Below are positions 29,650-39,832 of a stretch of 64,000 nucleotides of DNA, piece by piece. The notes under the pieces are model-generated. The model did not search any database, was not told the origin of the DNA, and saw only the letters and a program-made list of their open reading frames with translations. This stretch comes from Holophagales bacterium (GTDB lineage Bacteria > Acidobacteriota > Thermoanaerobaculia > UBA5066): positions 60,101 to 124,100 of the forward strand of contig JADJVF010000013.1 of assembly GCA_016716705.1 (NCBI GenBank), written 5' to 3'. The position numbers were made by a program, and so were the translations under genes. Numbering within the stretch: the first letter of the stretch is position 1; every line of letters starts with the position of its first letter.

Positions 29650-31134
29650 TCAGGGAATCGGCTTGAGCGTCAGCGGGTCGCGGAGAGGAACCTTCGAGAG
29701 CGCGAGCTTCGCCGCGTCCTTCAGGGCGCCCGGGTGGTCGGGGTCGCCCGCCTCGACCTCGGAGGCCTTGCCGACGGCGAGGACGACCATCTTCTCCGTG
29801 TCGAGGAGCCTCTTCGCCATCTTCTGGACGTCGGCGGCCGTCACCGCCTTCACCCTCTCGCGGTAGTCGACCCACCAGTCCTCGGGCCAGCCGGTGAGCT
29901 GCTCGTCGGCGAACCGGTTCGCGATCGCCTGGCGGCTCGCCCACTGGGCCGGGAACGACTCGACGAGCCCGTCCTTGATCGACGTCAGCTCGGCCTCGGT
30001 GAGCGGCTCGTCCTTCAGCTTCTGCATCTCGGCGAGCGCGAGGCGGAGCGCGTAGGCGACGGAGCGGTTCTTCGTCTGCAGGCCGCCGGTGAGGTCGCCG
30101 CGGTAGAACGGCCCTTCGCCGAGAGCCGTCCTCACGCCGTAGGTGAGCCCCTCGTCGGAGCGGATCTTCTTCATGAGCCGCGCCGCGAAGCCGCCGCCGC
30201 CGAGGACGTGGTTCATGACCATCGCGGGGTACCAGTCGGGGTCGGAGCGGCGCATCCCGGGGAAGGCCCACTGGAGCATCGCCTGCGGGGCGTCCTTGTC
30301 GCAGACGTAGAGGCCCGGCTTGCGGGCGAAGTCGGGGGCGGGGACCTTCGGGCTCGGACGGGCCGCCTGGCCTGCGGCGATCGCCCCGACCGTCCTGTTC
30401 AGGAGGTCGACCATCGCCTTCTTCTCGAACTTCCCGGAGACGGCGACGGCGAGGTTCGCCGGGTGGAGGAGGCCCGCGTGGAAGGCGAGGAGGTCCTCGC
30501 GCGTGATCGCGTCGAGGCTCGCGGCGGTGGTGTTCTCCGTGGCGAAGAACTTCTCGCCGAAGAGGAGATAGGGCATCTGGATCTGGGCGATCGAGGTGAC
30601 GGCGTCGTTGCGCCGCTCGAGCGCCTGCCGGGCGCTCTTCCTGGCGAGGTCGAGCCGGTCCTGCGCGAAGGCCGGCTGCGTGAGCGCCTGCATCAGGAGG
30701 TCGAGCCCCTCGGCCAGGTCCTTCTCCTGGACCTGGAGGTAGAGGCTGCCGCTCGTGTTCCCGCAGCTGCTCGAGAGCGTCGCCGCGAGCGCCTCGAGGC
30801 GGTCCTCGACCGCGGCGGCATCCTTCTTCTGCGTCCCGCCGACGGCGAGCTGCGAGCCGAAGAGGCTCGCGAGGCCTTCCTTGCCGGCGGGCTCCATGTA
30901 GGCGCCGCCCCGCCACCAGACGCTGATGCGGACGAGCGGGACCCCCGTCGGGTCGGCGACGAGGTAGGCCGGGACCTTGTTCTTCAGGAGGACCTTCGCG
31001 TCCTTCGCCTTCGGCACCTGGAAGGCGAGCGGCGGGTAGGCCAGCTTTTCGGGGCGGTCCGGGATCGCCTGCCCGAGGGCGCAGGAGGCCGAGACGGCGA
31101 GGAGGAGGGCGGTGCTCTTCACGAAGCGGTTCAT
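29650..31134 (-). CDS. M16-family peptidase-like protein lacking the HxxEH zinc motif (probably the non-catalytic partner subunit)
   Basis: 494 aa with a signal peptide (MNRFVKSTALLLAVSASCALG) and the M16 C-terminal-domain pattern. Its start overlaps the upstream M16 gene's stop by 4 bp. Confidence 0.65.
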   Translation of the reverse strand: MNRFVKSTALLLAVSASCALGQAIPDRPEKLAYPPLAFQVPKAKDAKVLLKNKVPAYLVADPTGVPLVRISVWWRGGAYMEPAGKEGLASLFGSQLAVGGTQKKDAAAVEDRLEALAATLSSSCGNTSGSLYLQVQEKDLAEGLDLLMQALTQPAFAQDRLDLARKSARQALERRNDAVTSIAQIQMPYLLFGEKFFATENTTAASLDAITREDLLAFHAGLLHPANLAVAVSGKFEKKAMVDLLNRTVGAIAAGQAARPSPKVPAPDFARKPGLYVCDKDAPQAMLQWAFPGMRRSDPDWYPAMVMNHVLGGGGFAARLMKKIRSDEGLTYGVRTALGEGPFYRGDLTGGLQTKNRSVAYALRLALAEMQKLKDEPLTEAELTSIKDGLVESFPAQWASRQAIANRFADEQLTGWPEDWWVDYRERVKAVTAADVQKMAKRLLDTEKMVVLAVGKASEVEAGDPDHPGALKDAAKLALSKVPLRDPLTLKPIP

Positions 31135-32831
31135 CCCTTCACCTCCGGGGCCGGGGCGGCGGCGGGAGGCATGGCGGGAGCCGTGCCGGGCATCCCCGCG
31201 GGAGGGGCCCCTGGCGCCATGCCGGGAGGCGGACCGCCGGGCCGGCGCCTCGGCATTCCCTCTCCTCCCCCCTTGCGGGTCGTGAGGAGGACGTTGCGGC
31301 TCTCCTTCACGAGGTACTGCTTCGCGACGCGCGCGACGTCCTCGCGGGTGACGGCCTCGACCTTCTTCGGCGCGTCGAGGAGGTCCCTGTAGGTGCCGGC
31401 GCTCTCGGCCTGCGAGAGCGACTCGCGGATGCCGGAGTTGCTCTCGAGGCGGGAGTACCAGGCGACGCGGATGGCGTTCTTCGCGCGGGAGAGCTCGTCG
31501 TCGGTGACGCCCTCCTTCACGACCTTCTCGACCTCGGCGTAGAGAAGGGGCTCGACCTCGTCGGGCCGCTTGCCGGGCGCCGGCGTCGCGGAGACCGCGA
31601 AGAGGCCGCCGTACTTCTGGCCGCGGAACGAGGCCGAGGCGCGGGTCGCGACCTTCTTGTCGAGGACGAGCGACCGGTGGAGCCGGCCAGAGGGCGGGCG
31701 CATCGGCCCGCCCATCCCGGGGCGGCCCGTCATCGGCGCTCCGCCGAGGACGACGCCGAGGACCTGCAGCGCCGCGGCGTCCCTGTGGACCGCGGGGACG
31801 GCCTTGTAGTCCGCCTCGACGGCGGGCGTCCTCTCGACCTCGGCGACCATCCGCTGCTCGGCGGGCTGCACCGGCTCGAGCGTGATGACCTCGGGGACCC
31901 CCTTCGGGTTCGCGGGGATCCGGCCGAGGTACTTCTGCGCGAGCGCCCAGGTCTTCTCGACGTCGAGGTCGCCGACGAGGATCGCGGTGATGTTGTTCGG
32001 GGCGTAGTAGGTCGCGAAGAACTCGCTCCCCTGCTCGCGCGTCACCTGGGAGATGTCGCTCGGCCAGCCGATGACCTCCCAGCTGTACGGGTGGGCCATC
32101 CAGGTCATCGCGTTGAACGCCTCGTCGACCGTCCCGCCGGGGCGCGACTCGAGGGTCTGCCGGCGCTCCTCGAGGATGACGTTGCGCTCGCTGTAGAACT
32201 CGCGGAAGACCGGGTTCGCGAGCCGGTCGGACTCGAGCCACATCCAGAGCTCGAGCTTGTTCGACGGGATGCCGACGATGTAGAAGGTCCGGTCCTCGCT
32301 CGTCGACGCGTTGAGCCCTGTCGAGCCCTGCTCCTGGTAGAGCTTGTCCATCTCGTCCTTGACGATGAGCCCGCGCTGCTCCGTCACGAGCGCGTCGAAC
32401 TTCGCGAGGAGCTCCGAGAGGCGCGGGGTGCGGACGGCGGGATCCATCATGTCCCTGATCTCGCCGCGGCGCTGCTTCTCGCGGAGGAGCGACATCTCCT
32501 CGCGGATGCCGACCTGCACCTCGTCCTGAAGCCTGTTCAGCTCGAGGTCGCGCGCGGCGTCCTTCGTCCCGATCGTCCTCGTCCCCTTGAACATCATGTG
32601 CTCGAAGAGGTGGGCGAGGCCGGTGATGCCGGGGCGCTCGTTGGCGCTCCCGACGCGGGCCAGCCACCCGCAGGAGATGGTCGGCTGGTCGTGCCGCGGA
32701 ACCATCAGGACCTTCATGCCGTTCGGCAGGGTCCGTTCGACGACGTTGAGCTCCTGGGCGGACAGGGGGGCCGCGAGGGCGAGCGCCGCTGCGAGCAGCG
32801 CGGCGAGGGTGCGGCCTCTGAGGACGTTCAT
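31131..32831 (-). CDS. M16-family zinc metallopeptidase (pitrilysin/insulinase-like), catalytic subunit
   Basis: Signal peptide MNVLRGRTLAALLAAALALAAPLSA, the inverted zinc motif HLFEHMMFKG (HxxEH) and a downstream Glu. It has a Gly/Pro-rich C-terminal tail. Confidence 0.8.
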   Translation of the reverse strand: MNVLRGRTLAALLAAALALAAPLSAQELNVVERTLPNGMKVLMVPRHDQPTISCGWLARVGSANERPGITGLAHLFEHMMFKGTRTIGTKDAARDLELNRLQDEVQVGIREEMSLLREKQRRGEIRDMMDPAVRTPRLSELLAKFDALVTEQRGLIVKDEMDKLYQEQGSTGLNASTSEDRTFYIVGIPSNKLELWMWLESDRLANPVFREFYSERNVILEERRQTLESRPGGTVDEAFNAMTWMAHPYSWEVIGWPSDISQVTREQGSEFFATYYAPNNITAILVGDLDVEKTWALAQKYLGRIPANPKGVPEVITLEPVQPAEQRMVAEVERTPAVEADYKAVPAVHRDAAALQVLGVVLGGAPMTGRPGMGGPMRPPSGRLHRSLVLDKKVATRASASFRGQKYGGLFAVSATPAPGKRPDEVEPLLYAEVEKVVKEGVTDDELSRAKNAIRVAWYSRLESNSGIRESLSQAESAGTYRDLLDAPKKVEAVTREDVARVAKQYLVKESRNVLLTTRKGGGEGMPRRRPGGPPPGMAPGAPPAGMPGTAPAMPPAAAPAPEVKG

Positions 32832-32950
32832 GGCTCTTCCTCCGGTGTGTCGGTGGGGACGGGCAAAGGCCCGCGCGACGCGCGGGCCAGCGGACATTGT
32901 AGTTCCGGGGAAGAGTGGGGTGAGGGTTGGAACGCGCGCCAGCCCGGGTC

Positions 32951-33475
32951 CTACTTGAGCACGCCTCCGAGGAGCTTCCCGACCGTGTCGCCTCCCTTCT
33001 TCTGGGCGTAGTCGACGACGACGGGCGCGAACTTGGCGACCATGTCGCTCTTCAGACCGAGCTTGCCGAAGACCGGGGCGAGGCCGGCCAGCCCGGCGGC
33101 CTGGGTCCCCATCGCGCCGGCAGCGGCTCCGAGAGCGCCTCCGCCCTTCGGGGCGTCCGCGGCCGGAGCGGACGCGATCAGCTTGTCGGTGCCGGGGACG
33201 GCGGTCGCGACCTTCGCGAAGTCGTCGGCCTTCAGCTTCCCCTTCGCGAGCCCGAGGAGCGCTCCCGCGCCCCCTTCGGCCTGCTTCGGCGTGACCCCGA
33301 GCTTGCTGACGAGAGAGCCCACCAGCTCGGGGCTGGCCGACTGCTCGACGGTCAGGGCCGGCGCGGCCGCGGCTTTGGCCGTTGCCGGAGCCGCGGGGGC
33401 GGCGGCGGGGAGCTGGGCGAGGGTGGTGGATGCGGCGAGGGCCATGACGGAAAGGAGACACGGGAAACGCTTCAT
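32951..33475 (-). CDS. DUF2780-family secreted protein
   Basis: Signal peptide plus two repeats of the LGV(T/S)PxQAEGGxGALLGLAKxKL...DFAK / ...FGKLGLKSDMVAKFAPVVVDYAQKKGG pattern typical of DUF2780. Confidence 0.5.
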   Translation of the reverse strand: MKRFPCLLSVMALAASTTLAQLPAAAPAAPATAKAAAAPALTVEQSASPELVGSLVSKLGVTPKQAEGGAGALLGLAKGKLKADDFAKVATAVPGTDKLIASAPAADAPKGGGALGAAAGAMGTQAAGLAGLAPVFGKLGLKSDMVAKFAPVVVDYAQKKGGDTVGKLLGGVLK

Positions 33476-33531
33476 GGCGGTACTCCTTTAGCAGGTCATT
33501 TTAGTTCTCCGGTCGCGGAGGTCCTTCAGTT

Positions 33532-33744
33532 TCACCGCTCCGTCGCGCCGTCCACCCCTCTCCGCGCCCGCCGCCGGGCCCTGACCGCCTCCCGGAGGAG
33601 GTACTCGACCTGGCCGTTCACGCTCCGGAACTCGTCCGCCGCCCACTTCTCGAGCTCGGCGAAGAGAGCAGGGTCGATCCGGAGCAGGAAGGCCTTGCGG
33701 GTCTCCCCGGGACGCGGCGGTCCGGCGACGGGTGGATTCGCCAT
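33532..33744 (-). CDS. Arc-like ribbon-helix-helix DNA-binding protein
   Basis: The 70-aa protein carries [38 protein letters not shown], the Arc/MetJ-type RHH pattern (PF03869-like). Confidence 0.5.
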   Translation of the reverse strand: MANPPVAGPPRPGETRKAFLLRIDPALFAELEKWAADEFRSVNGQVEYLLREAVRARRRARRGVDGATER

Positions 33745-33752
33745 CGGCGGTC

Positions 33753-34772
33753 TCAGCCGTAGAGCGTGCCGGCGTTGACGACGGGGTGGACCTCGGCCTC
33801 GCCGCAGAGGACGACCATGAGGTTGCTCACCATCGCGGCCTTACGGTCGTCGTCGAGGATCAGGACGTTCTTCTCCGACAGCTCCTTCAGCGCCATCTCG
33901 ACCATGCTGACGGCGCCGTGCACGATCTTCTGCCGGGCGGCGATGACCGCCTCGGCCTGCTGTCGCCGGAGCATCGCCTGGGCGATCTCGGGGGCGTAGG
34001 CGAGGTGGGTGAGCCGCGCCTCCTCGACGACGACGCCGGCCTTGGCGAGCCGCTCGTGCAGCTCCTTGCGCAGGGCGGCCGAGACCTCCTCGACGTTCGA
34101 CCGGAGCGTGATCTCGTCCTCTTCGCCGTGGTCGTAGCCGTAGAGGCTGGCGATGTGGCGCAGGGCCGACTCGCTCTGGGTCTCGACGTACTTCTCGTAG
34201 TCGTCCACGTCGAACATCGCCATGGCCGTGTCCTGGACGCGCCAGATGACGACCGCCGCGATCTCGATCGGGTTGCCGCCCTTGTCGTTCACCTTCAGCT
34301 TCTGGCCGTTCAGGGTCCGGGCGCGGAGCGAGATCTTGTTGCGCTTCGGGTGGCGGGCGGCCGCTGCCGCGGCCTGGGCGGCGATCGCCGTGGGCGTGCC
34401 GCCGTGCGTCTCGGCCGACGTGGCGGCGGCGGAGGAGGTCCCGGGCCCGTTCGTGTAAAAGGGGTTGCCCCAGTGGAAGCCGCTCTCGCGGACCGTCCCC
34501 TTGTAGGCGCCGAAGAGGACGAGGACGCGCGCCTCGTTTGGCTGGAGGGTGAAGAAGCCCGTGAGCAGGATGATCCAGACCGGGATCGCGAGGAGGGAGA
34601 GGACGAAGGGAAGGACGTAGGGATGGCCCGTCGCCGGAATCCCGGCCGCGAGGGACCAGACGAAGAGCCCGATGTCCACGACGAGGAACGCGAGGACGAG
34701 GACGAGCATCGTCCACCCGTTGTGGACCGTCACCGTCGTTTCCCGGTTGACGCTCAGGGTGGTGGGTTTCAT
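33753..34772 (-). CDS. SPFH/band-7 (stomatin/prohibitin-like) membrane protein
   Basis: N-terminal TM helices followed by an SPFH-domain pattern and a coiled-coil tail (…[37 protein letters not shown]…). Confidence 0.7.
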   Translation of the reverse strand: MKPTTLSVNRETTVTVHNGWTMLVLVLAFLVVDIGLFVWSLAAGIPATGHPYVLPFVLSLLAIPVWIILLTGFFTLQPNEARVLVLFGAYKGTVRESGFHWGNPFYTNGPGTSSAAATSAETHGGTPTAIAAQAAAAAARHPKRNKISLRARTLNGQKLKVNDKGGNPIEIAAVVIWRVQDTAMAMFDVDDYEKYVETQSESALRHIASLYGYDHGEEDEITLRSNVEEVSAALRKELHERLAKAGVVVEEARLTHLAYAPEIAQAMLRRQQAEAVIAARQKIVHGAVSMVEMALKELSEKNVLILDDDRKAAMVSNLMVVLCGEAEVHPVVNAGTLYG

Positions 34773-34919
34773 GACGGAACCTCCCTTTCGGCTGCTTTCG
34801 CAGTGATATCACCGTGAAATACGGACGGTCAAGAGGAAGGTTTCCGGAATGGAGGGGAGGGGCCGGCGTCCCATCGTCTCCGGGTTGCCGTTCGTCGCCC
34901 TCGTATCATTCCGGCTCCC

Positions 34920-36119
34920 ATGAAACGGCCTGTCGAGTTCCTGTCGCTGGACGCGGCGCGCCGCGTCGCGCTGCGGGCCCAGGGGTTCGGAAGGCCGCGC
35001 CCGACGAGGGACGTCACCGGAACCGACGTCGTGAGAACGACTCGCGCGGTCGGCGTTCTGCAGCTCGATTCGGTGAACGTGCTCGTGCGCTCTCACTACC
35101 TGCCGGTCTTCTCGCGGCTCGGGCCCTACGCGAGGGACCTGCTGGACCAGGCGGCCTATTCGAGCCGCCGCCGGCTATTCGAGTACTGGGGTCACGCGGC
35201 CTCGCTGATTCCCGTGGAGCTGCAGCCCCTTTTTCGCTGGCGGATGGAGCGCGCGAGGAGGGGTGAGGGTTGTTGGGGCAGCCTCGATCGCTTCGGCCGC
35301 GAACGTGCGACGTTCTGCAGCGGCGTGCTCGCCGAGATCCGCGACCGCGGTCCGCTCGGGATCTCGGAGCTGGCCGCCGGAGGCGCCCGCAAGGCGGGCT
35401 GGTGGGAATGGAGCGAAGGGAAGCTCGCGCTCGAGTGGCTGTTCTGGACGGGCCAGGTCAGCACGCACAGCCGGCGGCATTTCGAGAGGGTCTACGACCT
35501 GACCGAGCGCGTGCTGCCCCGTGCGGTGATCGAGGCGCCGACGCCCCCGCCAGCGGAGGCGCAAAGACAGCTGCTGCGCATCGCGGTCACGGCCCTCGGC
35601 GTGGCCACCGAGCGAGACCTTGCCGACTACTTCCGGTTGCCCGCGGCCGACGCCAGGGCGCGTATCGCCGAGCTCGTCGAGTCCGGTGAGCTCGTGTCGG
35701 CGGCCGTCGAGGGCTGGGATCGGCCGGCGTTCCTCGACCCGCGGGCGCGCGCGCCGCGACGGGTCGAGGCGCGGGCCCTCCTCTCCCCGTTCGACTCGCT
35801 GGTCTGGGAGCGCGGCCGCGCCGAGCGGCTGTTCGGCTTTCGCTATCGGCTCGAGATCTACACGCCGTCGCACCGGCGCCTGCACGGCTACTACGTGCTG
35901 CCGTTCCTGCTGGGCGACAGGCTCGTCGGGCGGGTGGACCTGAAGGCGGACCGGGCGCGCGGCGCGCTGCGCGTCGTGCGGGCGCATTGCGAGCCGTGGG
36001 CGGAAGAGGCCTCCGTGGCCGGGCCGCTCAGGGACGAGATCCGGGCGCTCGGCGGGTGGCTCGACCTCGACCGGGTGGTCGTCTCCCGCGCGCGCGGTTT
36101 CACGCGCCTGTTGCGCTAG
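34920..36119 (+). CDS. winged-helix DNA glycosylase, AlkZ/YcaQ (DUF1006) family, for interstrand-crosslink repair
   Basis: The 399-aa protein carries RRLFEYWGHAASLIP, YYVLPFLLGDRLVGRVDLKADRARGALRV and an HxY motif, all characteristic of YcaQ/AlkZ. Confidence 0.6.
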   Translation: MKRPVEFLSLDAARRVALRAQGFGRPRPTRDVTGTDVVRTTRAVGVLQLDSVNVLVRSHYLPVFSRLGPYARDLLDQAAYSSRRRLFEYWGHAASLIPVELQPLFRWRMERARRGEGCWGSLDRFGRERATFCSGVLAEIRDRGPLGISELAAGGARKAGWWEWSEGKLALEWLFWTGQVSTHSRRHFERVYDLTERVLPRAVIEAPTPPPAEAQRQLLRIAVTALGVATERDLADYFRLPAADARARIAELVESGELVSAAVEGWDRPAFLDPRARAPRRVEARALLSPFDSLVWERGRAERLFGFRYRLEIYTPSHRRLHGYYVLPFLLGDRLVGRVDLKADRARGALRVVRAHCEPWAEEASVAGPLRDEIRALGGWLDLDRVVVSRARGFTRLLR

Positions 36120-36194
36120 CCGCGCGGTCCAGCCCGGCCAGGCGTCGAGAGCACGGACCTCGCCAGGGGGGTCGTGGCGAGAAGGCGTCCGGCC

Positions 36195-38906
36195 CTACCG
36201 GGTCTCGACCCCCTCGGCCGCCGTCACCTTCAGGGTCCGGGTGCTCTTCTCCTCGCCATACGTCACGGTGACCCGGTATTCGCCGGGCGGGACGTGCCGG
36301 TCGGCCGGGAGTCCGCCGTACTCGTTCCGCAAGTCCTTCGTCGGCTTGAGGTCCCAGGAAACGCGCCCGAGGCCCGGCAGGCCCGGCGCCGTCAGGTTCG
36401 CGACGGGCTGCCCGTCGGCGTTTTCGATCGAGACCTTCACCGGCTCGCCCGTCGCCTCCTTCACCCAGAAGGTCAGGAGCGCGCCCTCCTTAGGGTTTTC
36501 TCCGCGAAAGTCGGCCTTGCCAGCGGAATCCTCCCAGCCGGGGAGGAGGTGCCGCGCCTCGGCGGGGCGCGGCGGGAAGAGGTGGAGCGCCTTGCCCCGC
36601 ACCGCAGGCGTCAGCTCCTGTAGCGCGGTGACGTCGTCGACGACGAAGAGGCTCCGGCCGTGCGTCGCGACGACGAGGTCGCGGTCCCGCTCGTGGACGG
36701 CGACGTCGTCGACCGGGACCGTCGGGAGGTCGCCGAGCTTCGACCAGGTCGTCCCGCGGTCGAGGGAGACGTAGAAGCCGTACTCCGTCCCGGCGTAGAG
36801 GAGGTCGGGGTTCTTCGGGTCCTCGCGGATCACGTCGGCGGGCTCGTCCTTCGGGAGATTCCCGGTGACCGAGGTCCACGTCCGGCCGAGGTCGGCGGTT
36901 CGCCAGAGGAGCGGCGCGTGGTTCCCGCTGCGGTAGGCCGAGACCGCGAGATACGCGACCTTCTCGTCGTGCCGTCCCGCCTCGACGCGGGCGATCCACT
37001 GCCCCTTCGCGGCCGCGGGAAGGAAGCCGGTCAGGTCGGTCCACGCCGCCCCGCCGTCCTCGGTGACGTGGAGCCTGCCGTCGTCGGTTCCGGCCCAGAG
37101 GAGGCCGGCCTTCCTCGGCGACTCGGAGAAGGCGTAGACGACGCCGTAGTTCTCGGCGCCGCTCCCGACGGTGCGCATCTTCGAGAACTCCTGCGTCGAG
37201 AGGTCGGGGCTGATCGGCGTGAACTTCTCGCCCTTCTCCGTCACGCGGAAGACGCGGTTCCCCGCGAGAAACATCGTCCCCTTCTCGTGCCGGCTCGCGA
37301 GGAGCGGCGAGTTCCAGTGGAAGCGGAACGCCGGCTGCCCCTCGGTCGGCTCGGGGCGGAGGTTCTTCACCTGTCCGCTGCCGAGGTGGAAGCGGTGGAC
37401 GTACCCCTCCTGCGACTCGGCGTAGACGACGTTGCGGTCTACGGGATCGAAGACGCACCAGAAGCCGTCGCCCCCGCCGACGTCGATCCAGTCGGAGTTG
37501 ACGACGCCGTCCTTCGAGAAGGTACGGCTCGGACCGACCCAGTTCAGGTTGTCCTGCAGTCCGCCGCAGATCCGGTAGGGAGAGGAGTCGTCGAGGGAGA
37601 TCCGGTAGAACTGCCCCGAAGGGATCTTGTCGACGTGGTCCCAGGTCCCGCCCGCGTCGGCGCTCAGGTAGGCGCCGCCGTCGGTCCCGAGGAGGAGGCG
37701 CGGCGAGACGGGCTTCTTCTCCGCCTCCGGCGGCTCTCCCTCCTTCGGCGGGGCGGGCCGGCGCGGGGCGGGGGTCCCGGTGACGACGAGCTCGTGTACG
37801 TCGGGGTGGACCTTCTGGAAGAGGTCCTCGCGGAAGGACTTCCCGCCGTCGTCCGAGACGGAGAGGGCGAAGCCCAGGACGTAGACGCGCTGGTCGTTGA
37901 CGGGGTCGATCCGGATCTGGCTGAAGTAGAAGGGGCGCGGGTTCAGGCGCGACGTGCGGACCCAGGTCTCGCCGCCGTCCTCGGAGCGGAAGATCCCGCC
38001 CGCGCGGCTCTCGACCTCGTCGATCCCGCTCGTCCCTGCCGCGTCGCTCTGGACGACCGCCATGACGACCTTCGGGCTCGCGGCGGTGACGGCGAGGCCG
38101 ATGCGACCCGTCTGCGCCGGGAGGCCGTTCGTCAGCTTCTTCCACGTCGCGCCGCCGTCCGTCGAGCGGAAGATGCCCCCTGCATCCCTCCCGCCCGTCA
38201 GAGACGTCCCGTACGCGAACGACCAGGGAGTCCTCCGTCGCGCGTAGAGCGCCGCGTAGAGGGTGTTCGGGTCGGCGGGGGAGAGGACGACGTCGACGCA
38301 GCCGGTGTCGGCATCGTCGGGGACGGCGGCCGGGAGAACCTTCGTCCAGCTCTTCCCGCCGTCGGTCGTCCGGTAGAGGCCGCGCTCGCCCCCCTTCGTC
38401 CAGAGGCTCCCCGATACGGCGACGAAGGCGACGTCGGGGTTCGAAGGGTGGACGCGAATCCGCCCGATGGCGCGGCTCGACTTCAGTCCGGCGCTCGTCC
38501 ACGTGGATCCGCCGTCCGTCGAGCGGAAGACGCCGTCGCCGAAGCCGGCGCTGTTGCGGTCCGTCGCCTCGCCCGTCCCGACCCAGATCACCCTCGGGTC
38601 CGACGGGGCCACCGCGACGGCGCCGATCGAGAAGACCTTCTCCTCCTTCATCAGCGGCGAGAAGGTCGCGCCCGCGTTCGTCGTCTTCCAGAGGCCGCCC
38701 GTGGCGTGACCGAGATAGAAGGTAGCCGGATCCTCGGGGTCGACGGCGATCGAGACGACCCGGCCGCCCATGATCGCCGGTCCGATCGAGCGGGCCTTCA
38801 GCGCGGCGAGCTGGGCGGAAGGCGGTGTCGTCGGGAGCGCCGGGGCGGCGGGAGCGGCCGCGGCCTTCGCGGCGAGGAGGAGGCCGGCGGCGAGGAGGGC
38901 GCTCAC
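36195..38906 (-). CDS. large exported BNR/Asp-box repeat protein (Vps10/sortilin- or GH74-like double beta-propeller)
   Basis: Signal peptide ([23 protein letters not shown]) and many S-x-D-G-G-x-T-W Asp-box repeats (STDGGSTWT, TTDGGKSWTK, STDGGATWKK, SEDGGETW, VSDDGGKSF, SADAGGTWD, TEDGGAAWT, SLDRGTTWS). Its GTG start overlaps the proC stop (GTGA). Confidence 0.7.
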   Translation of the reverse strand: MSALLAAGLLLAAKAAAAPAAPALPTTPPSAQLAALKARSIGPAIMGGRVVSIAVDPEDPATFYLGHATGGLWKTTNAGATFSPLMKEEKVFSIGAVAVAPSDPRVIWVGTGEATDRNSAGFGDGVFRSTDGGSTWTSAGLKSSRAIGRIRVHPSNPDVAFVAVSGSLWTKGGERGLYRTTDGGKSWTKVLPAAVPDDADTGCVDVVLSPADPNTLYAALYARRRTPWSFAYGTSLTGGRDAGGIFRSTDGGATWKKLTNGLPAQTGRIGLAVTAASPKVVMAVVQSDAAGTSGIDEVESRAGGIFRSEDGGETWVRTSRLNPRPFYFSQIRIDPVNDQRVYVLGFALSVSDDGGKSFREDLFQKVHPDVHELVVTGTPAPRRPAPPKEGEPPEAEKKPVSPRLLLGTDGGAYLSADAGGTWDHVDKIPSGQFYRISLDDSSPYRICGGLQDNLNWVGPSRTFSKDGVVNSDWIDVGGGDGFWCVFDPVDRNVVYAESQEGYVHRFHLGSGQVKNLRPEPTEGQPAFRFHWNSPLLASRHEKGTMFLAGNRVFRVTEKGEKFTPISPDLSTQEFSKMRTVGSGAENYGVVYAFSESPRKAGLLWAGTDDGRLHVTEDGGAAWTDLTGFLPAAAKGQWIARVEAGRHDEKVAYLAVSAYRSGNHAPLLWRTADLGRTWTSVTGNLPKDEPADVIREDPKNPDLLYAGTEYGFYVSLDRGTTWSKLGDLPTVPVDDVAVHERDRDLVVATHGRSLFVVDDVTALQELTPAVRGKALHLFPPRPAEARHLLPGWEDSAGKADFRGENPKEGALLTFWVKEATGEPVKVSIENADGQPVANLTAPGLPGLGRVSWDLKPTKDLRNEYGGLPADRHVPPGEYRVTVTYGEEKSTRTLKVTAAEGVETR

Positions 38907-39721
38907 TTTCCCAGCTCCCCGGCCGCGCGGGCGGCCGTCTCGATGCCGCGGGCGAGGACGGAGCGGATCCGCCCGTCCTCCATCGCGAGGATGCCGGCGA
39001 TCGTGCAGCCGGCGGGGGTCGTCACGTCGTCCTTGAGCGCCGCCGGGTGGCGGCCGGTCACGAGGACCATCTCCGCCGCACCGAGGGCCGCCTGGGCGGC
39101 GAGCTCGATGGCCGCCGCGCGCGGCAGGCCGCGCATGACGCCGCCGTCGGCGAGCGACTCGAGGACGACGTAGATGAACGCCGGGCCGCTCGCCGAGAGG
39201 GCGGTCACGGTGTCCATGTGCTTCTCCTCGAGCTCCATCGTCCGGCCCATCGTCGAGAAGATGTCGAGGGCCACGGCCGCGTGCTCGTCGGTGGCGTGCG
39301 CCCCCTTCGAGACGACGGTCATCCCCTTGCCGATGAAGCAGGGGGTGTTCGGCATCGCCCTCACGACCGGGATCCCCTCGCCGACCGCCTCCTCGATGGC
39401 GGCGGTCGAGATGCCGGCGGCGATCGAGACGAGGAGGGGCGCGTGCCCGAGCGCCCCTTTCGCCTTGAGGCCGTCGCACGCCTTCGCCACGTCCTTCGGC
39501 TTGAGGCAGAGGACGACGATGTCGGCCCCGCGGGCCGCCTCGGCGTTGTCGGTCGTGCACGCCAGGCCCAGCTCGCCGGAGAGCTTCTCGGCGGTCTGGC
39601 GGGTCCGCGCGGTGCACGCGAGCTGCGACGCCTCGACCTTTCCCGAGCGGAGGAGTCCCCCCGCCAGCGCGCGTCCCATGGTTCCCGAGCCGATGATGGC
39701 GATCCGCTTTCCGGTGAGCAT
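38903..39721 (-). CDS. proC: pyrroline-5-carboxylate reductase
   Basis: 272 aa with [17 protein letters not shown] (Rossmann fold), MPNTP and GSGPAF motifs. It is the C-terminal 272 codons of a longer artefactual ORF. Confidence 0.85.
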   Translation of the reverse strand: MLTGKRIAIIGSGTMGRALAGGLLRSGKVEASQLACTARTRQTAEKLSGELGLACTTDNAEAARGADIVVLCLKPKDVAKACDGLKAKGALGHAPLLVSIAAGISTAAIEEAVGEGIPVVRAMPNTPCFIGKGMTVVSKGAHATDEHAAVALDIFSTMGRTMELEEKHMDTVTALSASGPAFIYVVLESLADGGVMRGLPRAAAIELAAQAALGAAEMVLVTGRHPAALKDDVTTPAGCTIAGILAMEDGRIRSVLARGIETAARAAGELGK

Positions 39722-39832
39722 TCGTGCGTCTCCTGTGCCTGAGAAGGACGGGAGGATCGTACTCGACGGGAGCCGGACTAGAATCCGCCCCGCCCGTCCG
39801 GGCGAAACGAGATCCGAAGAGGTGCCTCCGAC

